Below, in pieces: positions 11,501-22,854 of a stretch of 28,085 nt of DNA. The DNA comes from Amoebophrya sp. A120 (Eukaryota; Protista; Dinoflagellata). Position 1 is the stretch's first letter. Each line of letters begins with the position of its first letter. The DNA lies in the NCBI GenBank assembly GCA_905178155.1, contig CAJINV010000032.1, positions 122,625-150,709 on the forward strand, written 5' to 3'. Made by a program: the position numbers and the translations under genes. The notes under the pieces were generated by a model, which saw only the letters and a list, made by a program, of their open reading frames with translations, was not told where the DNA came from and did not search any database.

Positions 11501-14153
11501 ATGCATCACAGACATCATCGGTGATGCAAAACGTGCATGACAAACGTTGCATTCGTTCGGACCCAAACATATTTGCAATCCATACTTTCCAAAGCGGGAC
11601 GATTTCCTGGATCCAGTCGGACGGGAGAATGCTGTTTAGGTGGTTGGCGGAATCGAACTGCCACGGCAGGTATCAACTGTAAAAATGTCTGGGTCTGGAA
11701 GAATGCGCGATTTGTCATGCTTCTCTGGCATGACTCTTAAACCTGTCCTGCAGGTCACCCAAGAGCCCCAATTTCCTGTCATGCAAAAACGCAGTTTGTC
11801 ATGCAGAATAGGCAACACTTAGAAGCTCAGAAACTTGTCATGCTGAGCCAGCACTTATGGCTTCCTCATGATACGCCACCCAGCATCACAAGTTTCCAGA
11901 CCCCGACATTTTTGCATTTGATAGCAGGGACTCAAAGAACCGCCTGTACGGATGCCCGGACGGCGGTGGCGGAACGGCGTTCGTTCCTTGCAACGGATCT
12001 TCCCCCGCTGCACTCGCCGCTTCGAACGGTGACTGTCGTACTACCGAGAACTCCTTTGCGGAATCGCGACCTCCGTCCTCTTGATTATCCCAGCCGTGTA
12101 GGTGATCCGAAGCCCGTTCACTGCGGGGCACGTGCGAGAGAAAGCGCTTCGGCCTGGAGATCTTCGCATGCGGCACATCAGATGACCTGCCCAGCAGCCG
12201 TCTTTGCGTAGTACCGGTAGTTGTTCCCCCGCCCGGCGCAGGTTTCTTGGACACTTCAGCGCGGGTGCTCGCGTCCTCCACCATCAATGCGCGTTCGGCG
12301 GCCGTGTTGAAAAAATCCAGCAGGTTATTTTTCGGGAACACGCTGCTCCACATTGCCTCGAAAAGTTCGTTGTCCACCGGCCCGTCACTCAGCCTCGCCA
12401 GCCGCTCAAGCGGGTTTTCGAAGCTGACCTCCTTTCGACGATCGTCCGGGGACAATGTAGACGAAGTCAATTTCCACCACGGGGATGTGGTGGCTTGCTC
12501 AGGCACAGCTACAGGCTTTGGTGGTTGTAGCGCCGCTGAGGAGGAAGAGGACGACGCGTAGGGCACTGTCGTAGAAGGGGCCGCGTAGGAGAGGGCACTA
12601 CTGTGCCCTTTAGTGTCCTCGTCGTCGGTTGTTCCAGCGGTTCTGCTTGAAGTGTGGTCCCCGGCGCCATCAATCGGGGTGGACCACCAGCGGGGGCCCG
12701 CGAGTGTGGTGCTAGCGGCACGATCTCCTGCAAGGTCGACGCCCGGGTATCTGGAAGTCGAAAAAATGCAGCGTGTCCACTGGAAAACGGTGTTCGCACA
12801 CATGAAAACCGCTGCACCGCCTTGCATACTAGAGCCAACGTCATGGGAATAAACCTTTGCGTCTTTAGCATGACAAACACGTCTTTCATCGAGTCAACTT
12901 GCCAAATAGTAAATTCGACACTGCAGCTCATCTTCTGTATGGTGCTAATGCAAATGTACATTTCCTAATCGTCCCCTCCGTGACGTTCGTCGAGCCTCCG
13001 CAATACAAAACCCAGCCGGGGTATGCATTGCAAATATGTCTGGGTCTGGAAGAGTCGGGGTTTGTCATGCACATTTTGCATGACCCGTGAGGTTTGTGAT
13101 GCAGGTCCTAGCATCACAGATTTTTTGAGGGCGTCTTGATGCTTATCACGCATGAGAAACGCCCTCTCCGCGTGCCAAGAACTGCCAAGAACTGGACTCC
13201 TCTTGCTGCTGATGCAACACAGATATTTTTAGACTCCGCAGACAGCATTACAAGTTCCACCCTTCCCGATCCAGACATTTTTGCAGCACTTGATACGGAG
13301 TAGTAGAACGCAAGCAGCACCGCGCCCCCGCACGCAAGCCCGACACACCCAGGTACTACCTGAGTGCGCCGTTGATGATCATTTCGTGCAACATTCATTC
13401 GCGTTGCTGATGCGTTGTTCCCCGGCTCGTCTCCTCTTGATGTCGTGTTTTGATGGTCCAGGGCGACGCGTATGCATTGCAAAAGCATCGCACTTGTATG
13501 CAATGCATTACAAATTTTCTCAGCACGAGAAATAAAATTTGTAGTGCGGAATTTCCTCAAGAAAAAGATTTGTAATGCATGATTGCATTTACGACAACCA
13601 GAACTACGAGTACGACACTTTTGCACAGGATAACGTGAAAACTACTCGAGGAGTCCTGGTTAAGCGGCGTCTATCCTGAGCAAAAACGTCCCCACTCTAT
13701 AAGTAGTCAAGATGGGGGATCTGCTAGACTAATCAACCAACTTTGGTTGTTTCGCATGACAAGTCTGGTCTCGTAGTGTAATGCTGGCTCTCTCGTTCAG
13801 CAGCATCACAGATCTAGCCTATTGTGCTGATTGGAGCATTACAAGCTCCAAAACACGACTGGAGAATTCTTCACATGGGGCTCCACATGACAAACATTCT
13901 TGGCATGCAGATCTGCATGACAACTCTAGGGTGGCCACGTTTTTACATAGGATAGCGTCCGCTCCATGGCGATCGTGTCGTGGTCCACCATAGCAGGGTC
14001 TGCGTCCGGGAAGGTACTGTCCTCGGTCGTGCCGGGGTCCCCGTGGGCGGAGTTTGTTGACTCTGGGTCTCCGCCGTGGCTTCGCAACAACAACAAACCG
14101 CTCGGAAGGAGCGGAAGAAGCAGGACGCAAACGAGCTCGAGAAGACGTCGCAT
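5531..14153 (-). CDS. Gene 2: ~1,080-aa hypothetical secreted/membrane protein with 21-22 element introns
   Basis: Starts MRRLLELVCVLLLPLLPSG (signal-like), has hydrophobic VVPGCVGLACGGAVLLAFYYSGWVLY, and ends ...QAVWKMEME-TAA. Exons: 14153-13955, 13666-13633, 13465-13296, 13016-~12940, ~12743-11924, 11665-11585, 11321-11065, 10786-10720, 10447-10410, 10250-10129, 9842-9786, 9526-9487, 9319-9255, 8936-8897, 8741-8567, 8408-8215, 8035-8011, 7743-7712, 7440-7392, 7065-7042, 6754-6561, 6234-5892, 5670-5531. 21 junctions are in frame; one (~12745-12940) is unresolved. Confidence 0.8.
5676..5891. mobile_element. Introner family C
   Basis: CATGACAGTGCAC...GTGCACTGTCATA; DR taatg/tgatg. Confidence 0.9.
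6240..6560. mobile_element. Introner family E
   Basis: Long (~55 bp) imperfect TIR TATGGAAGTCTCAGAATCGAAGTTGACAAAATCGAAA; DR gagct/gagct. Confidence 0.9.
6760..7041. mobile_element. Introner family B
   Basis: TIR TATCCTGAGCAAAAATGTACCCAC; DR ccgcc/ccgcc. Confidence 0.92.
7071..7391. mobile_element. Introner family F
   Basis: TATCGTAAGGGAAAATCCCCCCTCCCCATAT...ATATGGGTTGGGGGCTTTTTTCACTTTGATA; DR actcg/actcg. Confidence 0.88.
7446..7711. mobile_element. Introner family A
   Basis: Family A TIRs; DR agagt/agagt. Confidence 0.92.
7749..8010. mobile_element. Introner family A
   Basis: Family A TIRs; DR cgtcc/cgtcc. Confidence 0.92.
8041..8214. mobile_element. Introner family D variant
   Basis: TATGAACTGCAAAAGTATCG...CGATACTTTTGCACAGGATA; DR ggcaa/cgcaa. 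Confidence 0.9.
8414..8566. mobile_element. Introner family D
   Basis: Family D TIRs; DR aggcc/aggcc. Confidence 0.9.
8747..8896. mobile_element. Introner family D
   Basis: DR tgcaa/tgcaa; interior inverted relative to 17078-17222. Confidence 0.9.
8942..9254. mobile_element. Introner family E
   Basis: DR cctgt/cctgt; interior inverted relative to 6240-6560. Confidence 0.9.
9325..9486. mobile_element. Introner family D (diverged)
   Basis: TATGCATTGCAAG...TTTTGCACAATGCATA; DR gcctg/gtcca; frame restored (LLD|LQT). Confidence 0.85.
9532..9785. mobile_element. Introner family A
   Basis: Family A TIRs; DR agcaa/agcaa. Confidence 0.9.
9848..10128. mobile_element. Introner family B
   Basis: DR ctgcc/ctgag; opposite orientation to 6760-7041. 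Confidence 0.9.
10256..10409. mobile_element. Introner family D
   Basis: TGTCCTGAGCAAAAG...TTTGCAATTCATA; DR tggtt/tggtt. Confidence 0.9.
10453..10719. mobile_element. Introner family A
   Basis: Family A TIRs; DR ccggg/ccggg. Confidence 0.9.
10792..11064. mobile_element. Introner family A
   Basis: DR gaggt/aaggt; inverted relative to 10453-10719. Confidence 0.9.
11327..11584. mobile_element. Introner family A
   Basis: Family A TIRs; DR ctttc/ctttc. Confidence 0.9.
11671..11923. mobile_element. Introner family A
   Basis: Family A TIRs; DR gcagg/gcagg. Confidence 0.92.
12748..12939. other. Probable degenerate intron/introner in gene 2, boundaries unresolved
   Basis: Frame breaks here; contains GCATGACAA and a weak inverted repeat. 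The removed length must be 1 mod 3 to join the flanking frames. Confidence 0.45.
13022..13295. mobile_element. Introner family A
   Basis: Family A TIRs; DR cgggg/cggag. Confidence 0.9.
13471..13632. mobile_element. Introner family D
   Basis: Family D TIRs; DR acgcg/acgtg. Confidence 0.9.
13672..13954. mobile_element. Introner family B
   Basis: Family B TIRs; DR gcgtc/gcgtc. Confidence 0.9.
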
Positions 14154-15149
14154 ATTGGGTCGTTTTGGTTGAACAGTATTCTGATGCGACTGTGAAAAGC
14201 GCGGTTCGACCACGGGTACGTGGGTACTCCAGCCTATTGAGGACAAACCTCAAGGCTTCAAGAGAAGTAGCGAGTAAAGTAGTGTCTTTTTGGGCATCAA
14301 TTTTCACAGACAGACTCACTTTTGAAGAAAGACATATCGTATACGTTCTCAGGTTTTTACCGGAACACAATGCGGCTGATGAGGAGATGAAGCCGAGCAC
14401 GCACGCCAGACGGCATCTGGGACATTGAATTTGAAAGCTGTAATGCGTGTGTCGCATTTTCTTGAAAAATCTGTGTTGCTCGAGCAGCAATATAACAGCA
14501 ACTTCTTTTGTTATGCGAAATCGCGAAAATTTGTATTGCGTGCTAGGCATCCGCATCTCAAAAAAATCCAAAATCTTCGTTGCAATAAACACTTATCATG
14601 CTTGGCTGCCACTGGAAGTTGTATTCAAGCATCCGCAATGGCAATGCAGCATCTCTTTAGTGATAATTTCGTGCATCAGAATTGCAGAGACAACGAAGCA
14701 GGAAGTCACCAAGATAACTTCGATGGAGAAGCGCGGCATAACTAAGATGCAAAACTTTTGTTTTTGATTCAAACTCTAAATACTGATTTAAAAATAAAAG
14801 CAGGTTACTACTAAACAACGCAGCACGACGTGGATGATCTTACAACTCGTAAACATTTGAAAAAAGAGCACCCTTACCCATACCCTATGGTGGGTCTTAC
14901 AACTCGATTGATGTTTACGCGCCATGTGCTGCTGCTAGTAAAGTAGGAGTACAAAGAAATAATCCGTAGAAGTGCTAGTCCCGAAAAAAAGAAGCAAGTG
15001 ACGCTGACGCAATAGCGCTATGCAAATGCAATAGTTCTTTCCCTCGATGAAGGTGTTGGTACCTAGATTTCTGGTTTTTGCATAAAAATTAGAAGCGAGT
15101 CTAATTTTTGGTATAAGCACGTCCATCGTGTAGTTCTTGTCGACCATCT

Positions 15150-18100
15150 TCACTTGTTCTCATCCTCGCTGTCCTCAGACCTTTTGAAATGCCCCCGGGT
15201 CAGCACTGTTCTATTTCCGGCTTCGTCAACGTCTGAAATCTCTTCGTCCGACGAGTCATCCAGCTCACTCGGCACTGGTGGGTCTTCGCGGTGGTCTTGT
15301 TCATGTACATCTTCATATTCTGCTTCTTCGCCATCTTCGTCGGAAGCTGCGGCAGCGGCAGCAGCAGCGCAACAAGAACCACCAGCTGCAGGGGGAGACG
15401 GCGAGGGCCCCCTGTTAGTAACCATGTCGTTGTAGCGGCCCAGGAAGCTCCTGCGACTCAGGTCGGCGGCCGGGCGCTGTTCGTGCGGGACGAACGAGCC
15501 TTCCTGTGGACCAATGTCCTGCAGGCTGGCAAGTGAGTAGAGGAAAGGGACCGGAGCGGCCGGAACATATGAACTGCAAAAATGTCTGGGTCTGGAAGGA
15601 TGCAAGGTTTGTCATGCACAGTTTGCATGAATCTTGACGTCTGTGATGTATTACCTAGCATCACAGATTTTGTGAGGTGGGCTTCCTGATGCCTACACCG
15701 CATGAGAAATGCCCTCTCGCCGTGGCAAAAACTGGACCTCTTTTCCTGTTCATGCAATACAGATTTTTGTAGTATCCAAATGCAGCATCACAAGTTGCAA
15801 TCTTCCAGACCCAGACATTTTCGCAATCCATAGGACATGCGCCGGGACGACGGCCTGGGGATGAACGACAGCTGCTCCTCCCGCTGGGGCTTGATCAGTA
15901 CTGCTGCCTGGGTGCAGCCCTTGTACTAGTCCCGCGGCCCCCGGCTGTAGTTCTAGTCCAGGTGCCAGCGGCCAGAACGCTCCTCCCGGAAGAACCATCG
16001 GACGAAACAAGCTCTCTGGCCCCGTGTAATATGGCTGCACTGGTGGTGGAGGAACGGTAATATTACCTATCGGAGATGAATCATCCTCATTGCCAATGCC
16101 AGCATCATGATGTTGATCCGCCCCTGCAGCTGCTGCAACATGGCTAACTTCAAGTCCACCCACAGCTGCTGCTGCAGCTGCTGACGCCTCACGACGGGCG
16201 TTTGCCAGCCTTTGTGTTTTTTGTGCATCCCCATCGTTGTGAATTTCGGGGCTTAAGGGAGTGAGCGCGCCCGGAGAAGCAGCCGACGAACTACCCGAAC
16301 CTGCTGTTCCCGCACCAGCCACTGCAGCTCGTCCTGGGCTGTTTCCCCGGAACCTCGCTGGGACCAGGGCTTTCGCGCGTGGGGTTGTCGGCGCCCCAAC
16401 GGTCACACCGATTCGAATCGTGTTGTTCTCACCCATTGCCCGGACAATGTCGGCACTTAATTCCGGGAGGCCTTCCATACGGCGCAGCTCGTTGATCAGG
16501 TGAAGGACCCCAACCCGCAAATTGCCACTGGCAATCGAAACTTCGTCCCGCGGTAGCCTTGCGTGGCCGAGAATCACGCTGGTCCAACTGCGGTAGGCGT
16601 GCTGCCGGTCTTGGGGATTCAGACTGCGTTCCACGTGCTGCAGCGCGACTTGCAACGGTTGGGTAGGATTGTCAACAATGACGTGGTACAACTCGTCCTT
16701 CTCGCCGGGCGCGCTGGCGAAAATGATAGTGAGGTGCGGGAAAGCTCCTACTGTAGTTGCGGGGGCCACTAAGGACGAGCCAGTAGAATATGAGAGTGCA
16801 CAGCCCTCCGTCCCCCTCATTTGGATGACATCAACAGCATTACAAACACCAGCACAGGTGGGTCCTGTGCATGACAGGTTCATGCGCCGAGCGTAGCACT
16901 GTTTGGATTATTCCTGAATTTGTCATGCACTCGGTCGTGCCACAAGGTAGCAACTGGATTTGGGTTTTTGCATGACAAATGAGGGGGAGGGGGAATTGTG
17001 CACTGTCATATAGTACCACTAGTTTCGCGCAGGGCGTTCGTCTCGCTCATCAGCTGGAGTTGATTCGCTTGCCCCTTTATGCACTGCAAAAGTATCGCAC
17101 TCGTATAAATGCATTACAAATTTCCTCAGCATGACAAATAAAATTTGTAATGCGGATTTACCTTAAGAAAAAGATTTGTCATGCATGATTGCAACACGAG
17201 TACGATACTTTTGCACAGGATACCCTTGTCTGTCACGGAACTCAGCGTCAACCCAATTGTCATCATCGGGAACCTAGTTTCAGGATCGATCTGCAAACCT
17301 GTAGACGACAACAAGGCTGTCGCATCGATCGGCGGAAGACCCTCTAGGCGGCGCAACTCGTTCACCAGATCCAGACAGGTGTAGGTCGGGTAAACGCTCG
17401 AATACAGTAGACGGTTGACAGCAGCTTTTGAAAGGCCCCCGGAGGACGTGCTCGATACTGGCGGACCAATCAGAAGCATGCTCGACCACGTGCGCACTAT
17501 AGAACGGGCAGGAGCGTCAAGACCAGTTGCTCCAGCGCCAAAAACCAAGTTTCTGGTGAGCATATGCATTGCAAAAGTATCGTATTATGGTACAAATTGC
17601 ATTACAAATCTTATCAAAAAGAAAAATGGAATTTGGAATGCTGATTCAGGTAAAAAGCCAAGTTTGTCATGCAAGATTGCAATAAGTAAACGAGTACGAT
17701 CATACTTTTGCACAGGATAGAGCAGCAGGTTCAGAGCGTGTTCGAGCAGAGTTCGGTGGGACACCTTGAGGTACACGGTGTTGTTATCCAGAGCGTTCAC
17801 GAACTGAATCAGGAGATGAGGGGCCCTCGTCGGATCCGCGACTGCCGACGTCTGCGATGGAATTACAGAGTGGGACTCCTGCGTGGAGCTGTCATCGACT
17901 GTGAAAGAAAGCTTGAGGTCGACGAATTGCTTCCCGCAAAACTCGAAAGAGCTACCGTCGTCGTCGGCCGATTCATCTTGAGCCACTCCTGCAGCTGCAG
18001 AAGATGAACACGCGGAAGCTCCTGCCGTTCCTGCCACAGCACCTCCGATTGATATGCTGTTGATTTCCATCTCGACGCCGGATGTAGGCAACGGTACTGG

Positions 18101-19146
18101 TCCCAATGGATCATAAGGGGCAGCTTATCAAATGCAAAAATGTCTGGGTCTGGAAGATTCCCAGGCTTGTCATGCAGATTTTCCATGATCCATGTCGTCT
18201 GGAATGCAGGACCTAGCACGACAGATTCTGCGAGATCCGAATCATGCCTATCCTGCATGAGAGACTTCCTCTCAACTTGATCAAAAGTGGACAGCTTTTG
18301 GCATTCATGCAACACAGATTTTTGCACGATTCAGAATTAGCATTACAAGTTGCAACCTTCCAGACCCAGACACTTTTGCAATGCATACAGCTTCATCTTC
18401 GTCACCCACAGAAGTGTACGTGACGTACAAAGACCTGCGTATCTCATCTTCCGCAATTGCCGGCGGTGCTGCAGCATGAACTGCAAAAGTAACGTACTAG
18501 TAGTAATGGCATTACAAATTACCTCAGCATGACAAATCGAATTTGTCATGCTGTTTTACCTTGGGATGGAGATTTGTAATGCATGTTTGCAATTACTACG
18601 GGTACGATACTTTTGCACAGGATATGCAGCAAGATCACGAGCCCATCTTGGAAGTTTCTGCTCCGTCGCGAGGTGGGTGACCAAATCTCCAACCGTCCAA
18701 TTTGCGTTTAAAAATACTTCATCTCGCGCTTTTGCTTTTTTCCACGTGGCTAACGGATCCCGCAGTTCACCATCGTCTGCGTGGAAAAACTCGATTTTCT
18801 CCACCACCGCCCACTTTTGCCTTTGCTGCGCCGATTCTTGTTCCCCTGTTGTTCTAGTACCGAAGTACTGCAATAAGAATTGGCGGCGGTCAGCTTCCAA
18901 GTCCGTGATTACTTCTCGGAGTGGAGTGGCCGGATCCTTGTTCTTGAGCTGGTCGCGAGCGCGCTGGCGTTGTTTAGTGGCTTCCGTGATGTCAAAGAAA
19001 GAGACACCTCCGCGGTTGATGATGGGCTGCTTTTGGGAATTTGCTCGCACGTGGTTGGTCTTGTTCATCCGCATCCCTGCTGTTGCGAGTGGAAGTGCTA
19101 GTGCCGCGAAGGCGGACAGGAAGGATTTGAAGGAAGCGGAGGACAT
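15150..19146 (-). CDS. Gene 3: 921-aa hypothetical secreted protein with 6 element introns
   Basis: Exons 19146-18625, 18469-18388, 18120-17720, 17557-17223, 17072-17011, 16783-15833 and 15562-15150 sum to 2766 nt, open from ATG to TGA. N-terminus MSSASFKSFLSAFAALALPLATAG is signal-like; two LxNELRRxEGLP motifs; acidic C-terminus. Confidence 0.85.
15568..15832. mobile_element. Introner family A
   Basis: Family A TIRs; DR gaaca/ggaca. Confidence 0.92.
16789..17010. mobile_element. Introner family C
   Basis: DR tagaa/tagta; inverted relative to 482-682. Confidence 0.9.
17078..17222. mobile_element. Introner family D
   Basis: DR ccctt/ccctt; same site occupied in the paralogue (21377-21522). 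Confidence 0.92.
17563..17719. mobile_element. Introner family D
   Basis: Family D TIRs; DR gagca/gagca. Confidence 0.9.
18126..18387. mobile_element. Introner family A
   Basis: Family A TIRs; DR cagct/cagct. Confidence 0.92.
18475..18624. mobile_element. Introner family D
   Basis: CATGAACTGCAAAAG...CTTTTGCACAGGATA; DR tgcag/tgcag. Confidence 0.9.
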
Positions 19147-21376
19147 TTTGGAGATAGTATAAGTAGCTAGGGTTTATAAAACTTGATGTTGAAAATGAAA
19201 ATAGTCGACGAAGTAGGGATGGAAGAAGCAATTATGATCGGTTTCTTTGGTCGTGTAGTTTCAGGTCGATTTCGCCCGTGATTTTACTTTGATTTTTGAA
19301 TGCAGTTTATTTGTTCCGGAGGCAAGAAGTAGTGCAAGACGTATTTACAATTACAGTGCTGGCTGAATTAGATGCAATCCGATGATGTTTTCTTTTTGGA
19401 CGCAAGAAATTGCAAGATGCTGCGGACTAATTGTTCTGGTGAATTCAATTTGAAGAACGGTTACATACTACCGACGGCGGTTCAATTTAAAGATCTGCTG
19501 CGTGTTCTGCTATAGGAGGAGGAGGAGCAGGAAACCACTACAGTCAGCTTCTATCTAGTACTCAGCTATGATCTCTTTTAGGCTGACCATAGGAGACGAT
19601 CTTCGCACGACAGCTGCGCAGATTGAACCGATACCTTTCTAGATCTTCGAGATCTGCAAGGCATAGGAACAGCGGGATCATTTTTCGGCAAAGCCGCAAA
19701 TGTTCATGTTGTGGACCGACCGCGTCGTGGTTTCCGGGAGAACTTGTCGAACAAAACAGCTCTCTTTATCAGTACATCCTCCGGCGGGGGCTTCGCAGCG
19801 CCCTGTGTTTTTTTTTTCATCTTTTCCGCATCATAAAAGTACAGTATGTCCCGTGCGCTATATGTACAATCAGAATCATGTTTTCATATGTGTGATCCCC
19901 GTTTTTCATCCTGCCCTCACCTTCCGTGCCACTAATGGCAAAATATACCAACGAAAATCGATCCCAAACCCAGACTCACAGGCAACTTGATGCTGCTGCT
20001 GTTGTATTTCCTCGACTTGCATATCGAATTTCCTCGAAGGAAGGCAGACAAGTCATACTTGTGCCCGTCCAGACAGTAGCAGCACTTATATACACGGAAG
20101 CTTTTCCTCTTTTTTATATGCGAAAAAATGCAAATCGAAAAAATGCAGCTACTTTCGCCTGCGTCCGATAGTTTGGGTTTGGGAGCGATGGTTTTCCAGT
20201 AATAAATAAAAAACATACTCAAACTACTTTCACCAACTGTTGCGCAAAACATGCGACTCTTGTTTGTTTCTCTTGCTTGTTCCTATCTGGTCTCATTAAT
20301 TCGTCAAAAGACTTGCCTTCTATTGATGTACTAAACCCTAGCTGTTCGGTATTATTTCGCAAACTATCATTTTCGAATGTGCCGGTAAAAAATCTGTGTT
20401 TGTGAACGAAGTGTGATTTGTCGTTAAGTTTGTCATCTCGAAAACGGCTAACTGTCTATTCCTCTTGTTTGATTTTTCTGTCGGTAATTTGACTTGTAAA
20501 CTAAAAATGATTCCTACTCATTCGAAATTCGCATTCGGATACACATTATTTGCTTTCTGTAATCTGACCATCTTCATATATCATCTGTAAGTGTAAAAGT
20601 GTAAAAATTATCTTTATCGCTTGTCGTCAAATTATTTGGAAAAACGCTTTCCACCAGAAGCGCGGCATGAAGCAACCGTGTTTGCGCGATCAACTAGAAG
20701 TTCATGCGATCATAATGTCTGTTTGATACACATTCTCACACTGAGCTTCTGAAGGATCTAGTTTCGAAATGGAGAGGTTATTTTTTTTCAAACGCACGCA
20801 TACCGACTTCAAATCGAACACCATCTAAAACTACATCTTCAATTCTTCAAATCCGCATTGCAAATTCCTTATTCCAAATCTAGTTCTTCCCAGTTTCTAA
20901 TGCTAAACTCGTATTCCTAAGTGGCCCGTAGCCGTGGCTCAGCTCCTTGAAAGTAGTAAGAAGTCCAGTTTTTCATGCGGATTCAAGAGAGATCAGACCT
21001 AATTCCTTTGCTTTTCCTTTTCTTTCCGCTTCCTTTCCTTTTCCTTTCGATCGTAGCAAGAATTTGCTTGCTTTTCCTTTATTTTCGTTCCGTTTTCTTG
21101 CTCGATCGCTTTCGTTTTTTTTCCCTTATCATCCTGTTCATTTTTGCATTTTGATCTATGAGAAATAGCGTTTCAAACAAATTGCCACTGAGAAACAAAT
21201 ACACAAACCGCCCCCAACGCTTTTTCTCATAATCAAAATCGAAGCTGTAAATCCTAGAGAAGCTCGAAACGTAACCTATAAATCCTACCTGGTAAAATTC
21301 TAGATCGTAAATGTAAATCCATAAATCCGTATAGCGTAATTCCACAAAACAGCTGGAGTCGATTCGCTTGTCCCCT

Positions 21377-21522
21377 TATGCACTGCAAAAGCATCGTACT
21401 CGTATAAGTGCATATACAAATTTTCTCAGCATCACAAATAAAATTTGTAATGCGGATTTACCTTAAGAAAAGGATTTGTCATGCATGATTGCAACACGAG
21501 TCCGATACTTTTGCACAGGATA
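21377..21522. mobile_element. Introner family D
   Basis: Near-identical to 17078-17222; DR cccct/ccctc. Confidence 0.9.
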
Positions 21523-21574
21523 CCCTCATCCGTCACGGAACTCAGCATCAACCCAACCGTCATGATCGGGAACC

Positions 21575-21849
21575 TATCAAATGCAAAAATGTCTGGGTCG
21601 GGAAGAGTGCGCGATTTGTCATGGAGCTTTTCCATGACCCATGAGGTCTCTGACAATGCAGGACCTAGCATGACAGATTCTGTGCGATCTCTCTCATGCC
21701 TATCCTGCATGAGAAACTCCCTCCCGACTTGGTCAAAACTGGACGACTTTTGGTAATCATGCAACACAGATTTTTGCATCATGCAACACAGTAGATTTAG
21801 CATGAGAAGTTGCTTTGTTCCAGACCTCCAGGGATTTTTACAGTTGATA
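21575..21849. mobile_element. Introner family A
   Basis: DR gaacc/gaacc; empty site at 17270-17274. Confidence 0.92.
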
Positions 21850-21898
21850 GAACCCAGTTTCAGGATCGGTTTGCAAGAAAGCTGCAGACGACAACAAG

Positions 21899-22809
21899 TA
21901 TCGAGTGCAAATAAAATAACAATAGAGTTTTTTTGCTCGCAATTTTCGCCCTTATAGATTATAGGGGCACTCTTAAAAAATGACTAGTAGGGAGATCACT
22001 TTCTAGAAGCTTCCTCGAGAAGCTTCCCCTAAGAGAGCTCCTAGAGGAAGCTTCTAAGCGAACGCCTGTAAGAAAAAGAGCGGCATCGTGGGGACCAAAA
22101 ACCCTTCAAGAGCGAGCGTCATCCCCGCGGGCGGCCCGTGGGTATGTTACAAGTGCGGCTTCGACGTTACTTTGATTGTAGCACTGCTAACAGCCGGGCG
22201 CTTTTTTGCATGCGGGCAGGTGCAAGTCGCGACGCAGGCGGCAACTTGCACTAAAGGCTGCAACTTGCAGAGCAGGTGCAAGAGCGCACTCGCCCCGGGC
22301 GGTGCAAGAGCTTGCTACCTAGAAGCCCTACCTAGAGCGAAAGCGAGCGCGTCCTCCATTAATGCGGGCCGCAGCTACTAGAGAAGGGCGCCACTAGCAA
22401 GCGCGGGCCCGTTCTGTCATGCTAAAACCCCCCGAATGGGTTCGAATAGTGAACGCGTTTCCGCAAGCAGAATCCCAATAGCTGGACTCCTTCGACTAGC
22501 CTCCACCCCCACGCTCGGTCGCCAAGTTTTCTCCTGTTTAGATTTAGATTTACTAGACGACCTATCGCCGGCGTCCTGGACGCCGGCGTAATAGTCTAGT
22601 ATGTCTAGGTCTGGAATGACCACAAAGTTTGTGATGCGTGTCCAAAAAGAGACGCCTTTGCCTGTCATGCAAAAACGCAGTTTGTCATGCGAAAAACGCA
22701 ACACAAAAAAGCGCATATATTTCTCATGCTTGGCTGTGCATTACAGAGCATTCACTACTCTCAAGGCAGCATTACAAGTTTCCAGACCCAGACCTATTTG
22801 CATTCGATA
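21899..22809. mobile_element. Introner family A split by a nested 688-bp insertion
   Basis: TATCGAGTGCAAA|insert|TATGTCTAGGTCTGGAA...TTTGCATTCGATA; DR acaag/acaag; empty site at 17311-17315. Confidence 0.88.
21912..22599 (+). mobile_element. Non-autonomous Helitron-like insertion
   Basis: Inserted between A and T; 3' end CTAG preceded by hairpin CGCCGGCGTC-CTG-GACGCCGGCG (22566-22588). 5' end is TA rather than canonical TC. Confidence 0.65.
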
Positions 22810-22854
22810 ACAAGACCGTCGCATCGATTGCCGGAATATTCTCCAGGCGGCGCA

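Noticed and set aside
13819-14592. 257-aa minus-strand ORF as the start of gene 2
   Set aside because: Wrong frame at the 13954 junction; the in-frame ATG at 14153 gives a signal-like peptide.
20990-21130. Pyrimidine-rich tract as a regulatory element or ORF
   Set aside because: Low-complexity intergenic sequence with no supporting structure.
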